Shown piece after piece: positions 54,511 through 63,341 of a stretch of DNA of 64,000 nt. The translations under genes and the position numbers were made by a program. The notes under the pieces are model-generated. The model worked only from the letters and a program-made list of their open reading frames with translations, was not told the DNA's origin and did not search any database. How positions within the stretch are numbered: the stretch's first letter is position 1; every line of letters starts with the position of its first letter. This DNA is from Oscillospiraceae bacterium (GTDB lineage Bacteria > Bacillota > Clostridia > Oscillospirales > CAG-382), in contig SVRI01000012.1 of assembly GCA_015064895.1 (NCBI GenBank), positions 1,146 to 65,145 of the forward strand, given 5' to 3'.

Positions 54511-54909
54511 ATGACTAAAACTACATTGTTGTTAAAAAGACTTTACAGCAACTTTAAATACATACTGTGTGGAACCTGCATATACTTTTTGCTTTTAATT
54601 GTGTATGATTTACTCGTTTTTGCAAGGAGCAAGGAAGAAATACTTGTTACTTATATTTGCGGTGCTGTCGTTTGCGTTTTAGCGTGGTTTGCAATGAAAT
54701 TTGTTTTATGGATTCAGGTAAAAAATCCCGTGTGTACCGAAAAAGTTTTTAATTTCTTTTCAATGTTTTTCCTAACAGGTTTTGCATTAGCGGCACTGAT
54801 ATTGTTTTTTGAATTTCTGTTGTGCAATTTTGTTATAGGAGCTTTTATATCACCAGTTGTCTGCCTTTCCGTGATTCATACTCAAGGTAAGAGAAAAGAA
54901 TTCAAATAA
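54511..54909 (+). CDS. hypothetical integral membrane protein
   Basis: 132 aa with four hydrophobic helices. The ATG at 54511 lies 7 nt after AAGGAG. Confidence 0.55.
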   Translation: MTKTTLLLKRLYSNFKYILCGTCIYFLLLIVYDLLVFARSKEEILVTYICGAVVCVLAWFAMKFVLWIQVKNPVCTEKVFNFFSMFFLTGFALAALILFFEFLLCNFVIGAFISPVVCLSVIHTQGKRKEFK

Positions 54910-54915
54910 TAATAA

Positions 54916-54958
54916 CACCTCCAATTGCCTTACAGCTTTTGGAGGTGAATTTGTTTTT
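54916..54958. terminator. terminator between convergent genes
   Basis: CACCTCCAA...TTGGAGGTG stem followed by AATTTGTTTTT. Confidence 0.65.
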
Positions 54959-54959
54959 A

Positions 54960-55520
54960 TTATGTCAGTTCTTCAATCTTATCCTTGATAATAAGGAAAT
55001 CTTTCATCATGTCGTCGCGTTTTCTCGGATCTCTTAGCAGTGCCGAGGGATGATAAACTGCAGTTATCAGATAGTCGCCCTTTTTGAACCATTTGCCGTG
55101 TTCCTGTGTGATCTTGAAGTCGGGCTTTATAATTTTGAATGCCGATATTCTGCCGAGACAAACAATAACCGTGGGATTTATTATCTTTAACTGTTCACGA
55201 AGATATCCGATGCACTGTTCCTCTTCTTCGGGTTTGGGGTCTCTGTTGTTGGGCGGACGGCATTTTAGGATGTTTGCTATATACGCGTCTTCTCTTGAAA
55301 GACCGATGGCATCCAAGTATTTGTCAAGCAGTTTTCCCGATGCACCGACAAAGGGAAGACCCTGTTCATCTTCGCTTTTGCCGGGAGCTTCACCGATAAA
55401 GAGAATTTTCGCATTTGCATTGCCCGAGCCAAAAACCACATTTGTCCTTGTTTCGCATAACGGACACTTTTGGCAGGTGTTACACACTGCCTTTAATTCG
55501 TCAAGTTGTTTTTGTTTCAT
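54960..55520 (-). CDS. family 4 uracil-DNA glycosylase
   Basis: Cys cluster CNTCQKCPLC, GEAPGKSEDEQGLPFVGASGKLL and HPSALLR motifs. Confidence 0.9.
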   Translation of the reverse strand: MKQKQLDELKAVCNTCQKCPLCETRTNVVFGSGNANAKILFIGEAPGKSEDEQGLPFVGASGKLLDKYLDAIGLSREDAYIANILKCRPPNNRDPKPEEEEQCIGYLREQLKIINPTVIVCLGRISAFKIIKPDFKITQEHGKWFKKGDYLITAVYHPSALLRDPRKRDDMMKDFLIIKDKIEELT

Positions 55521-55537
55521 TTGTTTTACCTCGTATT

Positions 55538-58261
55538 CTACGGATTGAAGTAGCAGATTGCGCCGTCGCTTTCGATGCCGCGGCTGTCGACAGCAACTAT
55601 TTTAAAGGTTGTTCGGCATGCTTTTTGCTGCTCGTAAACAAAATCAGGCTCATTAGTTTCGCCGATTAGTGTATATTTCCTGTCACTCTCAAAAGCGGCA
55701 TATACTCTGTACTTTGTGCTGTTTCCTTCCCATACAAATGAGAACTTGCCTTCAAAATAAGCATAATTCAAATCGAGAGGTTTTTCCGGCTTTACAAAGG
55801 GAGTGAAGCCGCAAAGGGTGTATTGCTGTCCCTCTTTTGTGTCAAACCATATAAGACAATCGCTGTCTTTCACAAAGGACACTTCATTTCCGTTTGCGTC
55901 AATAACCTTGCACCCTGCGATATTCGGATAGGAAATGCCGCACTTTTTGCCTTTCTTTGACAAAACGGAAATTGATGTAAGACAACCGTCTTTCCAGCTT
56001 GCAGAAACTTCAAATCCGCCTCTTGCACAAAGTCCCGAATATGAGCCGTTTTTCCAATTGTCGGGAAGTGCACAGAGAGGCTCAATGTATCCTGCCTGAC
56101 TCTGCAAGAGCATTTCACATATACCCGCCGCGGCACCAAAGTTGCCGTCAATCTGGAATGGCGGGTGTAAATCCCAAAGATTTGTTGCGGTATTAATTCC
56201 GAGAATTACGTTAAGTAAATCGTGGGCACGGTTGCCTTTCTTAGCTCTTGCCCAAAGACAGATTCTGTGAGCAACTGCCCAGCCTGTGGATTTGTCGCCT
56301 CGACCTTCAAGAACAACATTGGCTCCGTCAAGCCATGCGGGTGTTGTGGAGTTTATAAGATTTCCCGGGTAGAGTCCCACAAGGTGGGATATGTGCCTGT
56401 GCTGTTTTTCGTCACCTACAGAACCGTAGTAATCTTCCTCTCTGAATTCTTTTACCTGACCCGAAAGACCTATAATAATGGGGTCGTAGTTTTCAAGCTG
56501 TTCTGATATGGTTTTGAGTATTTCATACTTCCCTTCGGCTTTGTCGAGTATTCCAAGTTCCTTTGCCGCAAGCAGGGTGTGGTAATTGTTTAAGTACGCA
56601 AAGCTTTGTGCATAGGTTGTACCCTTTGTGTAGTACCAAACCTTGTCAACAAACATTTCGGGGCTGTCACAGTGCTGTACAAGATACTTGCCGTCTTGTT
56701 CCTTGTCAACGCATTTTGTGATGTATCTTGCCGCCTCTAAAAGTACGGGGAATACAATATTTTCGAGAATTTTTCTGTCTCCCGTGTACTGATAATACTC
56801 CCAGAAAAGCTGGGTTGTAAAGCCAAGGTGTCCTGCCGACCTGTCGCCCGTTATGTGATAGGGGTAGCATCCGACACCGATGCACCAGCCGTTGTTTCCT
56901 TCGCCGTCGTATTTGTCGGGAAAATGAGTCCGCATAACCGAGTCTGCATTCATTTTTGCCGCATCCATGTATGCCTTGTTGTAGTCGGCATAGCTTTCAA
57001 ATGTCTCGGCAAGATTTGTGCAGAAGGCAGGCCAGTAGTTCATCTGAACATTTACATTGTGCCAGTAGCCCGATGACCAGGGGGATATTCTGTACCTGTT
57101 CCAGGCACCCTGAAGATGAGAAGGGAGAGTGCCTTTTCGAGAGGAGGCAATAAGCAGATATCTTCCGTACTGAAAATAAAGTGCCTCAAGATATCTTGAA
57201 CAGTCACTTTTATCCTGCTCTTTGTATTTATATAAAAGCTTGTCTGTAGTAAGTTCCAAGTCTTCTCTGTCAAAATCAAGCTCGAGACTTACTCTGCCGA
57301 AAAGCTCTTTGTAGTCGTCAAGATGACGTGAAAGCAGATACTTGTATTTTTCGTCTATCGAAAGGGCAGAGGTGGCACTTTCGATAAGAGCCATTTCGCC
57401 CTCGACCTTTTTTCTTGTATCGTCAAGAGTGGTGATATTTGTAGGCTTGTGACCTTCGGGCTTTGTGAAGGTCTCGGGACAAAGCTCGTAGTCTGTGCCG
57501 AGAGTGATGATTATCAATGCATTCTCTGCATTCTCAACCTTGATTACACCGTTGGTGTCTATGTGTTCAAGTTCTGCCGTATCAACATATGTGTGCTCTA
57601 CTGTGTCGGCAGTCACATTTCCGTCGGAAAACACCTTGTAAATACCTAAAAAGTCAATGTCATAGCATGCCATGTTGCCCGAAAGCTCAACCACACCGAC
57701 GTTGTCCTTAATATATGAAATAACTTCACCTGTCTTTTTAGCACCGTCATCAGGTACTTTTGCAAAGTCCTGCTTGTAGGGAACGGTGGGACGCAGAACA
57801 AATGAAAGCTTGCCTTTTTCCGATGCCGACAGCCGTATTACAATACACTTATCGGGGTAGGATACAAAATAGCTTCTTTCATATGTAACACCGTCATATT
57901 CGTATTTTACACCCGAAACGGCAGTTTCAAGGTCGAGCCATCTTTGGTAGTTTTTGACCTTGTCAAAAGGATGACAGAAATCTATGTATGTTTCGGAAAA
58001 GTTGTTGAGACCGCCCTTTGTGTTGTGCCAGCTTATGTGAGGAAAATGCAGAGTCTTTTCGGAAATCTGTATGCGTTCTGTTTCTGTTCTTCCAAAAACG
58101 TTGATTCCTGTATATCCGTTGCCGAGAGGGAGCGACCAACGTTCCCAGCCGTCGTCAATGTTTTTGAAGATTTGCTCGTAGCTTGTGTCCGGAACTCTGT
58201 CTCTGTTTTCAAAACCGAAAGGGGCTTCTTTGTCATAGAATAATCTTAAAGGTGTTGACAT
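55538..58261 (-). CDS. glycoside hydrolase family 95 (alpha-L-fucosidase-like)
   Basis: 908 aa. WERWSLPLGNGYTGINVFGRTETERIQISEKTLH (GH95 N-terminal signature), HRHISHLVGLYPG and FQIDGNFGAAAGICEML. The ATG at 58261 follows GGAGTG. The ORF-track start at 58492 runs through the tRNA promoter. Confidence 0.85.
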   Translation of the reverse strand: MSTPLRLFYDKEAPFGFENRDRVPDTSYEQIFKNIDDGWERWSLPLGNGYTGINVFGRTETERIQISEKTLHFPHISWHNTKGGLNNFSETYIDFCHPFDKVKNYQRWLDLETAVSGVKYEYDGVTYERSYFVSYPDKCIVIRLSASEKGKLSFVLRPTVPYKQDFAKVPDDGAKKTGEVISYIKDNVGVVELSGNMACYDIDFLGIYKVFSDGNVTADTVEHTYVDTAELEHIDTNGVIKVENAENALIIITLGTDYELCPETFTKPEGHKPTNITTLDDTRKKVEGEMALIESATSALSIDEKYKYLLSRHLDDYKELFGRVSLELDFDREDLELTTDKLLYKYKEQDKSDCSRYLEALYFQYGRYLLIASSRKGTLPSHLQGAWNRYRISPWSSGYWHNVNVQMNYWPAFCTNLAETFESYADYNKAYMDAAKMNADSVMRTHFPDKYDGEGNNGWCIGVGCYPYHITGDRSAGHLGFTTQLFWEYYQYTGDRKILENIVFPVLLEAARYITKCVDKEQDGKYLVQHCDSPEMFVDKVWYYTKGTTYAQSFAYLNNYHTLLAAKELGILDKAEGKYEILKTISEQLENYDPIIIGLSGQVKEFREEDYYGSVGDEKQHRHISHLVGLYPGNLINSTTPAWLDGANVVLEGRGDKSTGWAVAHRICLWARAKKGNRAHDLLNVILGINTATNLWDLHPPFQIDGNFGAAAGICEMLLQSQAGYIEPLCALPDNWKNGSYSGLCARGGFEVSASWKDGCLTSISVLSKKGKKCGISYPNIAGCKVIDANGNEVSFVKDSDCLIWFDTKEGQQYTLCGFTPFVKPEKPLDLNYAYFEGKFSFVWEGNSTKYRVYAAFESDRKYTLIGETNEPDFVYEQQKACRTTFKIVAVDSRGIESDGAICYFNP

Positions 58262-58426
58262 ATTTCCACACTCCTTTTGCAAGAAATCTATGTAATAAGT
58301 ATAGCATGAATATCGTCGAAAGACAAGGAAAATTAAATATTTGAAACAAAAAAACAAATCAAAAAGCTGTGTTTTATGGCAAATTTCGAAAAAAGCTGAA
58401 AATGGTAAAAAAATCAAAAAAAGCAC

Positions 58427-58455
58427 TTGACAAGTCATTTCTTTTATGATAGAAT
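58427..58455 (+). promoter_or_regulatory. strong sigma-A promoter for the tRNA pair
   Basis: TTGACA, 17-nt spacer ending in TGa, then TAGAAT. It is 45 nt upstream of the tRNA-Met. Confidence 0.65.
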
Positions 58456-58500
58456 AATTGAGCGCGGTCAAGGGAAACCTAATCGCAGACAAGAGAATAT

Positions 58501-58577
58501 GGCGGAATAGCTCAGCTGGCTAGAGCATCCGGTTCATACCCGGCAGGTCGTTGGTTCAAATCCGACTTCCGCTACCA
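58501..58577 (+). tRNA. elongator tRNA-Met (CAT), CCA encoded
   Basis: GGCGGAATAGCTCAGCTGGCTAGAGC...TTCATAC anticodon loop...GGTTCAAATCC T-arm...CGCTACCA. The G1-U72 pair resembles the Bacillus elongator tRNA-Met. tRNA-Ile2 (lysidine) cannot be formally excluded by eye. Confidence 0.85.
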
Positions 58578-58652
58578 GGCCCGTTGGTCAAGCGGTTAAG
58601 ACACGGCCCTTTCACGGCTGTAACATGGGTTCGATTCCCGTACGGGTCACCA
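58578..58652 (+). tRNA. tRNA-Glu (TTC), CCA encoded
   Basis: GGCCCGTTGGTCAAGCGGTTAAGACACGGCCCTTTCACGGCTGTAACATGGGTTCGATTCCCGTACGGGTCACCA. It directly abuts the tRNA-Met. Confidence 0.9.
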
Positions 58653-58688
58653 AAAAACAAAGCACTCAAAAGAGTGCTTTGTTTTTTT
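58632..58688 (+). repeat. direct repeat copy 1 (tRNA-Glu 3' end plus terminator)
   Basis: cgattcccgtacgggtcaccaaaaaacaaagcactcaaaagagtgctttgttttttt, identical to 58821-58877. Confidence 0.95.
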
Positions 58689-58689
58689 T
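58658..58689 (+). terminator. intrinsic terminator of the tRNA operon
   Basis: CAAAGCACTCaaaaGAGTGCTTTG followed by T8. Confidence 0.85.
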
Positions 58690-58820
58690 ATTTAGATTAA
58701 TAAGTCGGGAATCGAACCCGAGAGGGCTTTTAGCGTTAAGAAAACAACCCTGTGTGGTTGTTTTTAGCTAAAAGGGCGAGGATGCTTGTCATCTGAGCAG
58801 ATAGTATGCGAAGCAGACGG

Positions 58821-58877
58821 CGATTCCCGTACGGGTCACCAAAAAACAAAGCACTCAAAAGAGTGCTTTGTTTTTTT
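58821..58877 (+). repeat. direct repeat copy 2 (orphan tRNA-Glu 3' end plus terminator)
   Basis: A 57/57 match to copy 1, 189 bp downstream. Similarity continues more weakly (atttagattaataagtcgggaatcgaaccc vs atttaattaatcaaacgggattcgagcc). Confidence 0.95.
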
Positions 58878-58983
58878 ATTTAATTAATCAAACGGGATTC
58901 GAGCCTAATTGTAATAATTATAGTTTACAATCATTCCACGTTATGATATAATAGCATAAACAGTTATTAGACAAGGATGTGAA

Positions 58984-59799
58984 ATGGTGGAAATCGTTCA
59001 GGAAAAGAAACAGTTTGACCTGTTCTGCAAAATCAAAACCTACAGTCATTCAAAGGTGTACCCGTTTCACTGGCATGAAAACTATGAAATATGTCAGGTT
59101 ATAAATAAGCCCTGTGCGTTCAGAATAGACGGTGAGCTGATAGAGGCAAATCCGGGTGATATTGTTGCCATAAATGAACAGACTGTTCATCAGTTTATTA
59201 TACATGAAGAGGATACTGAAATAAGGGTTATCCAGTTCAATTCCAATATTCTTTTTGGCATTACCGACAGAATACTTGATCTTAAAACACATATCAGAAA
59301 TCCTGAAATAGAAATGAAAAAGGAATTGAAGAATAATCTTGAGGCTCTTTTAAACCTTATGGAGCACGAGGAAAATATTGATAATTCCGACGATAATAAT
59401 TACTATAAAGCAATTACCGCCGCCCTTTATTTTTTGCTTCAGCAGAATTTTTCTGCAACCGAAAAAGGTGTTTCGGGCAAAAGCACAAAATCCGACTTTT
59501 ACAGAATAGTCGAATATATCAATGAACACTATACCGAAAGTATAACGGTAAACTCCATTGCAACCCATTTCTATTTCTCAAGGGGTAAGCTTTCTTCCGT
59601 GTTCAAAAAGTATGCGGGTGTCAGCATTAACGAATATATAAACCAACTGCGGATAAAGAATGCAAATAAACTGCTTCTGCAGGGACATTCCAGTACAAGC
59701 GCCGCACTTTCAAGCGGTTTTGAAAGCATAAGAACCTTCAACAACTGCTATAAGAGGATTATGGGTATGACTCCCGGAGAATATGTAAAAAGCCGCTGA
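58984..59799 (+). CDS. AraC-family transcriptional regulator (cupin + HTH)
   Basis: N-terminal cupin-like HWHENYE. C-terminal HTH_18 pattern (ITVNSIATHFYFSRGKLSSVFKK...GFESIRTFNNCYKRIMGMTPGEY). Confidence 0.85.
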   Translation: MVEIVQEKKQFDLFCKIKTYSHSKVYPFHWHENYEICQVINKPCAFRIDGELIEANPGDIVAINEQTVHQFIIHEEDTEIRVIQFNSNILFGITDRILDLKTHIRNPEIEMKKELKNNLEALLNLMEHEENIDNSDDNNYYKAITAALYFLLQQNFSATEKGVSGKSTKSDFYRIVEYINEHYTESITVNSIATHFYFSRGKLSSVFKKYAGVSINEYINQLRIKNANKLLLQGHSSTSAALSSGFESIRTFNNCYKRIMGMTPGEYVKSR

Positions 59800-59801
59800 T
59801 T

Positions 59802-60788
59802 TCAGCGGCTTAAATTTATAATTTTGTTATTCTTCATGCTTTCGGATTCGGCAAAGCTTATTTCCAGAGACCTGCAAACGTCCTCGGGACTGCATCTGTC
59901 GGGGGCTGCTCCGGTTTCAAGGCAATGGCAGAAGTAGTCAATTTCATTTGTTATAAGGTTGCCGTGCTTCATGCAGTCATCAAAAACTTCGGACAGGTGT
60001 GGGTTTTCCGTTATTCCGTCATCTGTATAAAGCAAAAACACCTTATCGGATAGCTTTAGGACACCCTTTTCAAATGATGCCTCAAATCCGGGACTGAATG
60101 GAAATGACGACGCATTTCTCCAGGATGCAGTGGCAGTGACAAGTGTGTCGCAGCCATAGTCAAAGACTGTTGTGCAGCAGAGAGCCGAGCCTTTGGTATA
60201 AATGCTTTTTGGAGTTCCGAAAAGGAAATTCACAATATCCGTGTCGTGTACGTGAACGTCTCTTACAACACCGCCGGATTTTTCAAGGTCTAACAGCCAG
60301 CCTCCCGTACTCCAATTCGGCTTTGGACCGTCACGGTATAATTCCAGGGACAGGAGTTTCCCAAAACGTCCGTCTTGTATACATCTTTTAAGGTATTCGT
60401 ATTTACGGGAAAATCTTACACACTGGGCAACCATAAGTGTGAGATTCTTATCCTTAGCCTTTTGTGTCACCGCATAAGCCTCTTCAATTGTTGAGGTAAA
60501 CGGCTTTTCACAAATGACGTTTACACCGTTTTCAAGTGCAGAAAGTGCAATTGTGCCGTGAAGAGGAGTCGGCACGCAGATGTTTACAAAGTCTAGTTTT
60601 TCTTGCTTGAACATTTCTTCGTAGTCTGCATAAAATCTGCAGCCGTACTTTTCGGCAACAGCCATACCTTTTTCCACGTCGGCGTTGCAGACTATTACCT
60701 CGGAAACAAGCATTTTCAAGGCTTCAAGGTGCTGTGTACCTATGTAACCCGTTCCGATAACGGCGGCGGTAAGATTATATTTTGTCAT
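59802..60788 (-). CDS. Gfo/Idh/MocA family oxidoreductase
   Basis: AAVIGTGYIGTQH Rossmann motif and CEKPF motif. It converges on the AraC gene with a shared hairpin (AGCCGCTGAttTCAGCGGCT) spanning both stops. Confidence 0.85.
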   Translation of the reverse strand: MTKYNLTAAVIGTGYIGTQHLEALKMLVSEVIVCNADVEKGMAVAEKYGCRFYADYEEMFKQEKLDFVNICVPTPLHGTIALSALENGVNVICEKPFTSTIEEAYAVTQKAKDKNLTLMVAQCVRFSRKYEYLKRCIQDGRFGKLLSLELYRDGPKPNWSTGGWLLDLEKSGGVVRDVHVHDTDIVNFLFGTPKSIYTKGSALCCTTVFDYGCDTLVTATASWRNASSFPFSPGFEASFEKGVLKLSDKVFLLYTDDGITENPHLSEVFDDCMKHGNLITNEIDYFCHCLETGAAPDRCSPEDVCRSLEISFAESESMKNNKIINLSR

Positions 60789-60982
60789 TTTTTAATCTCC
60801 CCATACTTTTCAATGTCATTATTTTAGCATATTTTATTGCGAGATACAAGAAAAAATATTCACAGTACTGGCAAAAATGTTCAAATTTGCCATTAACACA
60901 GACATATTTGCTTGAAGCAGGAGCGTGTTTATGCTAGTATGATAGTGGAAAATATGTTTATAATCAGAATGGGGGAAACAGT

Positions 60983-61849
60983 ATGAATTACGTTGATTTT
61001 TTCGGTCATAAGGTGTCAAAGCTGATTGCGGGCGATAATCCCTTTAACGGTCATTCCTATATTACCGAATACGTTTCCAAACAGGAAATGATAGATTATC
61101 ATACTGAGGACAAAATACTCGAAGCAATGCATGAAATGGAAGAAATGGGTATAAACACCATGCTTCCTCTTGCAGACCCATACATCATCAGAATCCTTCA
61201 GCACTACCGCTCGAACGGTGGTAAGATGAACTTTATATTCCAGACCTATTCGCCCATGATGTTAAGTCTTGAAACGGCATCTGTCAGCATGAATATGATG
61301 ATGAGCGTAGAACCCATCGGCGTATATCTTTCGGGTACATATACAGATCTTTGCCTTGAGACAAATACCATGCCAAAGCTCTATGAAATGTTAAAGCACC
61401 TTCGCACTTTTGACATTAAGCTGGGACTTGGAACACATTACCCCGAAATTGTTGAACTTTCCGAAAAGGAAAACTGGGACATTGACTTCTACATGGCATG
61501 TATGTATAATCTCAGACGAGGCAGAGAGGGAGAACAAAGCGGGTTTATTACGGGCAAGAACAAGAGCCTTATCCGAAAAATCATTCCCGAAGACAGGGCT
61601 GTTATGCTGAATACCCTCAAAAAGGTTGAAAAGCCGATTATCGCATTCAAAATTTTTGCCGGCGGACAGATGCTTGTAGAACGTGAAGAAGCTGACCGAC
61701 GAGAGAGAATAAAGGATGCTTATAATACCATTTTCACAACCTTAAAGCCCAATGATTTTGCCGTCGCAGGCGTTTTTCAGAAGTACCATGACCAAATAAG
61801 AGAAAATGTTGAGGTACTTAATGAATGGTACGAAGAGATCGGTAAATAA
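60983..61849 (+). CDS. hypothetical protein (288 aa), possibly a TIM-barrel-type enzyme
   Basis: Good coding periodicity and length. No motif I can name. It sits among sugar-metabolism genes. Confidence 0.55.
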   Translation: MNYVDFFGHKVSKLIAGDNPFNGHSYITEYVSKQEMIDYHTEDKILEAMHEMEEMGINTMLPLADPYIIRILQHYRSNGGKMNFIFQTYSPMMLSLETASVSMNMMMSVEPIGVYLSGTYTDLCLETNTMPKLYEMLKHLRTFDIKLGLGTHYPEIVELSEKENWDIDFYMACMYNLRRGREGEQSGFITGKNKSLIRKIIPEDRAVMLNTLKKVEKPIIAFKIFAGGQMLVEREEADRRERIKDAYNTIFTTLKPNDFAVAGVFQKYHDQIRENVEVLNEWYEEIGK

Positions 61850-61860
61850 ATGTAATGTAA

Positions 61861-61898
61861 AGAAACGAAGTTGCTTTCACTGCTTCGTTTCTTTTTTA
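61861..61898 (+). terminator. intrinsic terminator
   Basis: AGAAACGAAG...CTTCGTTTCT stem followed by TTTTTT. Confidence 0.8.
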
Positions 61899-61953
61899 AT
61901 TGATATTTTTCAATAAGTATGCTATACTGATTAAAAAGAAAAATGGTGATAAC

Positions 61954-62328
61954 ATGACCAGACAACAGCTTGATTTATACATAACAGAAAAATACTCAAG
62001 CCTTGCCGAATACCCGTGGCAGTCGGCACCGTCATTTGCTGTCTACCGCCACGGTAATAATAAAAAGTGGTTTGCCGTCATAATGGATATTCCAAAATCA
62101 AAGCTCGGACTTTGTGAGGATGGCATTATCAGCGTCGTAAACCTCAAAGCCGACCCTATGCTTATAGGCTCGCTAATTCAAAACGATGGTGTTTATCCTG
62201 CCTATCATATGAATAAAAATCATTGGATAACGGTGGAGCTTACCGATAAAACAAGCCCCGAACAAATCTCGTGGCTTTTGGAAATGAGCTATGACCTCAC
62301 GAATGTAAAAGTAATAAACAAAGCGTAG
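61954..62328 (+). CDS. MmcQ/YjbR-family protein
   Basis: EYPWQSAPSFAVYRHGNNKKWFAVIMDIPKSKLG...HWITVEL is the typical YjbR pattern. Confidence 0.75.
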   Translation: MTRQQLDLYITEKYSSLAEYPWQSAPSFAVYRHGNNKKWFAVIMDIPKSKLGLCEDGIISVVNLKADPMLIGSLIQNDGVYPAYHMNKNHWITVELTDKTSPEQISWLLEMSYDLTNVKVINKA

Positions 62329-62350
62329 AAGGCGTAATTGTTAACGTGTT

Positions 62351-63223
62351 TTATACGTGCGCTCTTCGTCTCCACTCGGTAGGTGTCATACCGCATTGGC
62401 GCTTGAATGCCCTTGCGAAATATTGAGGGTTTTCAAATGAGAGAAGCAGTGATATTTGCGTAATATTCATGGTACTGTTTCTGAGTAACTCTTTTGCCTT
62501 GTTGATTTTCATTTTGTTTGCATATGATGCAAGGCTTTCTCCCGTATGCTCTTTAAAGAATCGGCTTAAAAAACTTTTGCTGTAACCAAATGCACGGCAG
62601 ATTTCATCAACTCGTATGTTTTCTTCGCATCGCGATAAAATATATTCTTTTATCGCACCTATAAGGGGTTCATGCTCATCATGCTGTAACACAGGAATGT
62701 CCTGTGTTTTTTTCTTTGTTCTCATCAGAAAAATGAGTAAAAGCTCAAGGTAGCTTTTTATCAACTGTTCACTTCCGAGAGGGGGACTGGTTTGACGGAT
62801 AAGCTTTTTCAGTTCAGTCTCGTTTTTTGGAATGATGTAGCATTTTTCAGCCTCTTTTATGATTTCCGATACAAGGCTTTTGTGTACCTTGTCAAGGGTT
62901 GCCTCGAAACGCTCAAAATTCACCATTGCCATTGAGGATGATACAAATGAAATCACAAAAAAGTTCGGTGATGATTTAAAAGCTCTTATGGCATGAAATT
63001 CATTTGGCTTGTGAAATAACACATTGCCTTGTGTTAGTATAAATTCTTCTTCATTGTCTCTGCGTACTGCAACGCTTCCTTTGTCCACATATACCATTTC
63101 CCAAAAATCGTGGCTTTCACCGTTAAATACAAAGCTTTGACCGAATTCATAGTAATGAATTGTTACGATTCTTGTGATGTCAATGACTGTTTTTGGTCGT
63201 GTTTTAATATAATTCTTTACCAC
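62351..63223 (-). CDS. AraC-family transcriptional regulator
   Basis: C-terminal HTH_18 (IRVDEICRAFGYSKSFLSRFFKEHTGESL...FENPQYFARAFKRQCGMTPTEW). I chose the GTG at 63223, 7 nt after GGAGGG. The ORF-track start at 63289 has no RBS. Confidence 0.8.
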   Translation of the reverse strand: MVKNYIKTRPKTVIDITRIVTIHYYEFGQSFVFNGESHDFWEMVYVDKGSVAVRRDNEEEFILTQGNVLFHKPNEFHAIRAFKSSPNFFVISFVSSSMAMVNFERFEATLDKVHKSLVSEIIKEAEKCYIIPKNETELKKLIRQTSPPLGSEQLIKSYLELLLIFLMRTKKKTQDIPVLQHDEHEPLIGAIKEYILSRCEENIRVDEICRAFGYSKSFLSRFFKEHTGESLASYANKMKINKAKELLRNSTMNITQISLLLSFENPQYFARAFKRQCGMTPTEWRRRAHV

Positions 63224-63341
63224 AAAAATACCCTCCGAGTATACAATTGTATCCGTTTTGTGCACAAAAATGACTGTACGAAAATCCACTTACCAAATAC
63301 AATTATAGCATAGACAATAATAAAATCAAGGGGGTTTTTGT

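Noticed and set aside
58632-58877. Integrated prophage or genomic island at tRNA-Glu.
   Set aside because: The att-like direct repeat is real, but only about 130 bp lies between the copies. No integrase, phage or transfer genes are adjacent. I reported it as a scar or hotspot, not as an element.
59789-59809. Hairpin AGCCGCTGAttTCAGCGGCT spanning the stop codons of the convergent AraC and oxidoreductase genes.
   Set aside because: It is most simply a compact bidirectional terminator embedded in the two gene ends. It is noted in the feature evidence but is not otherwise remarkable.
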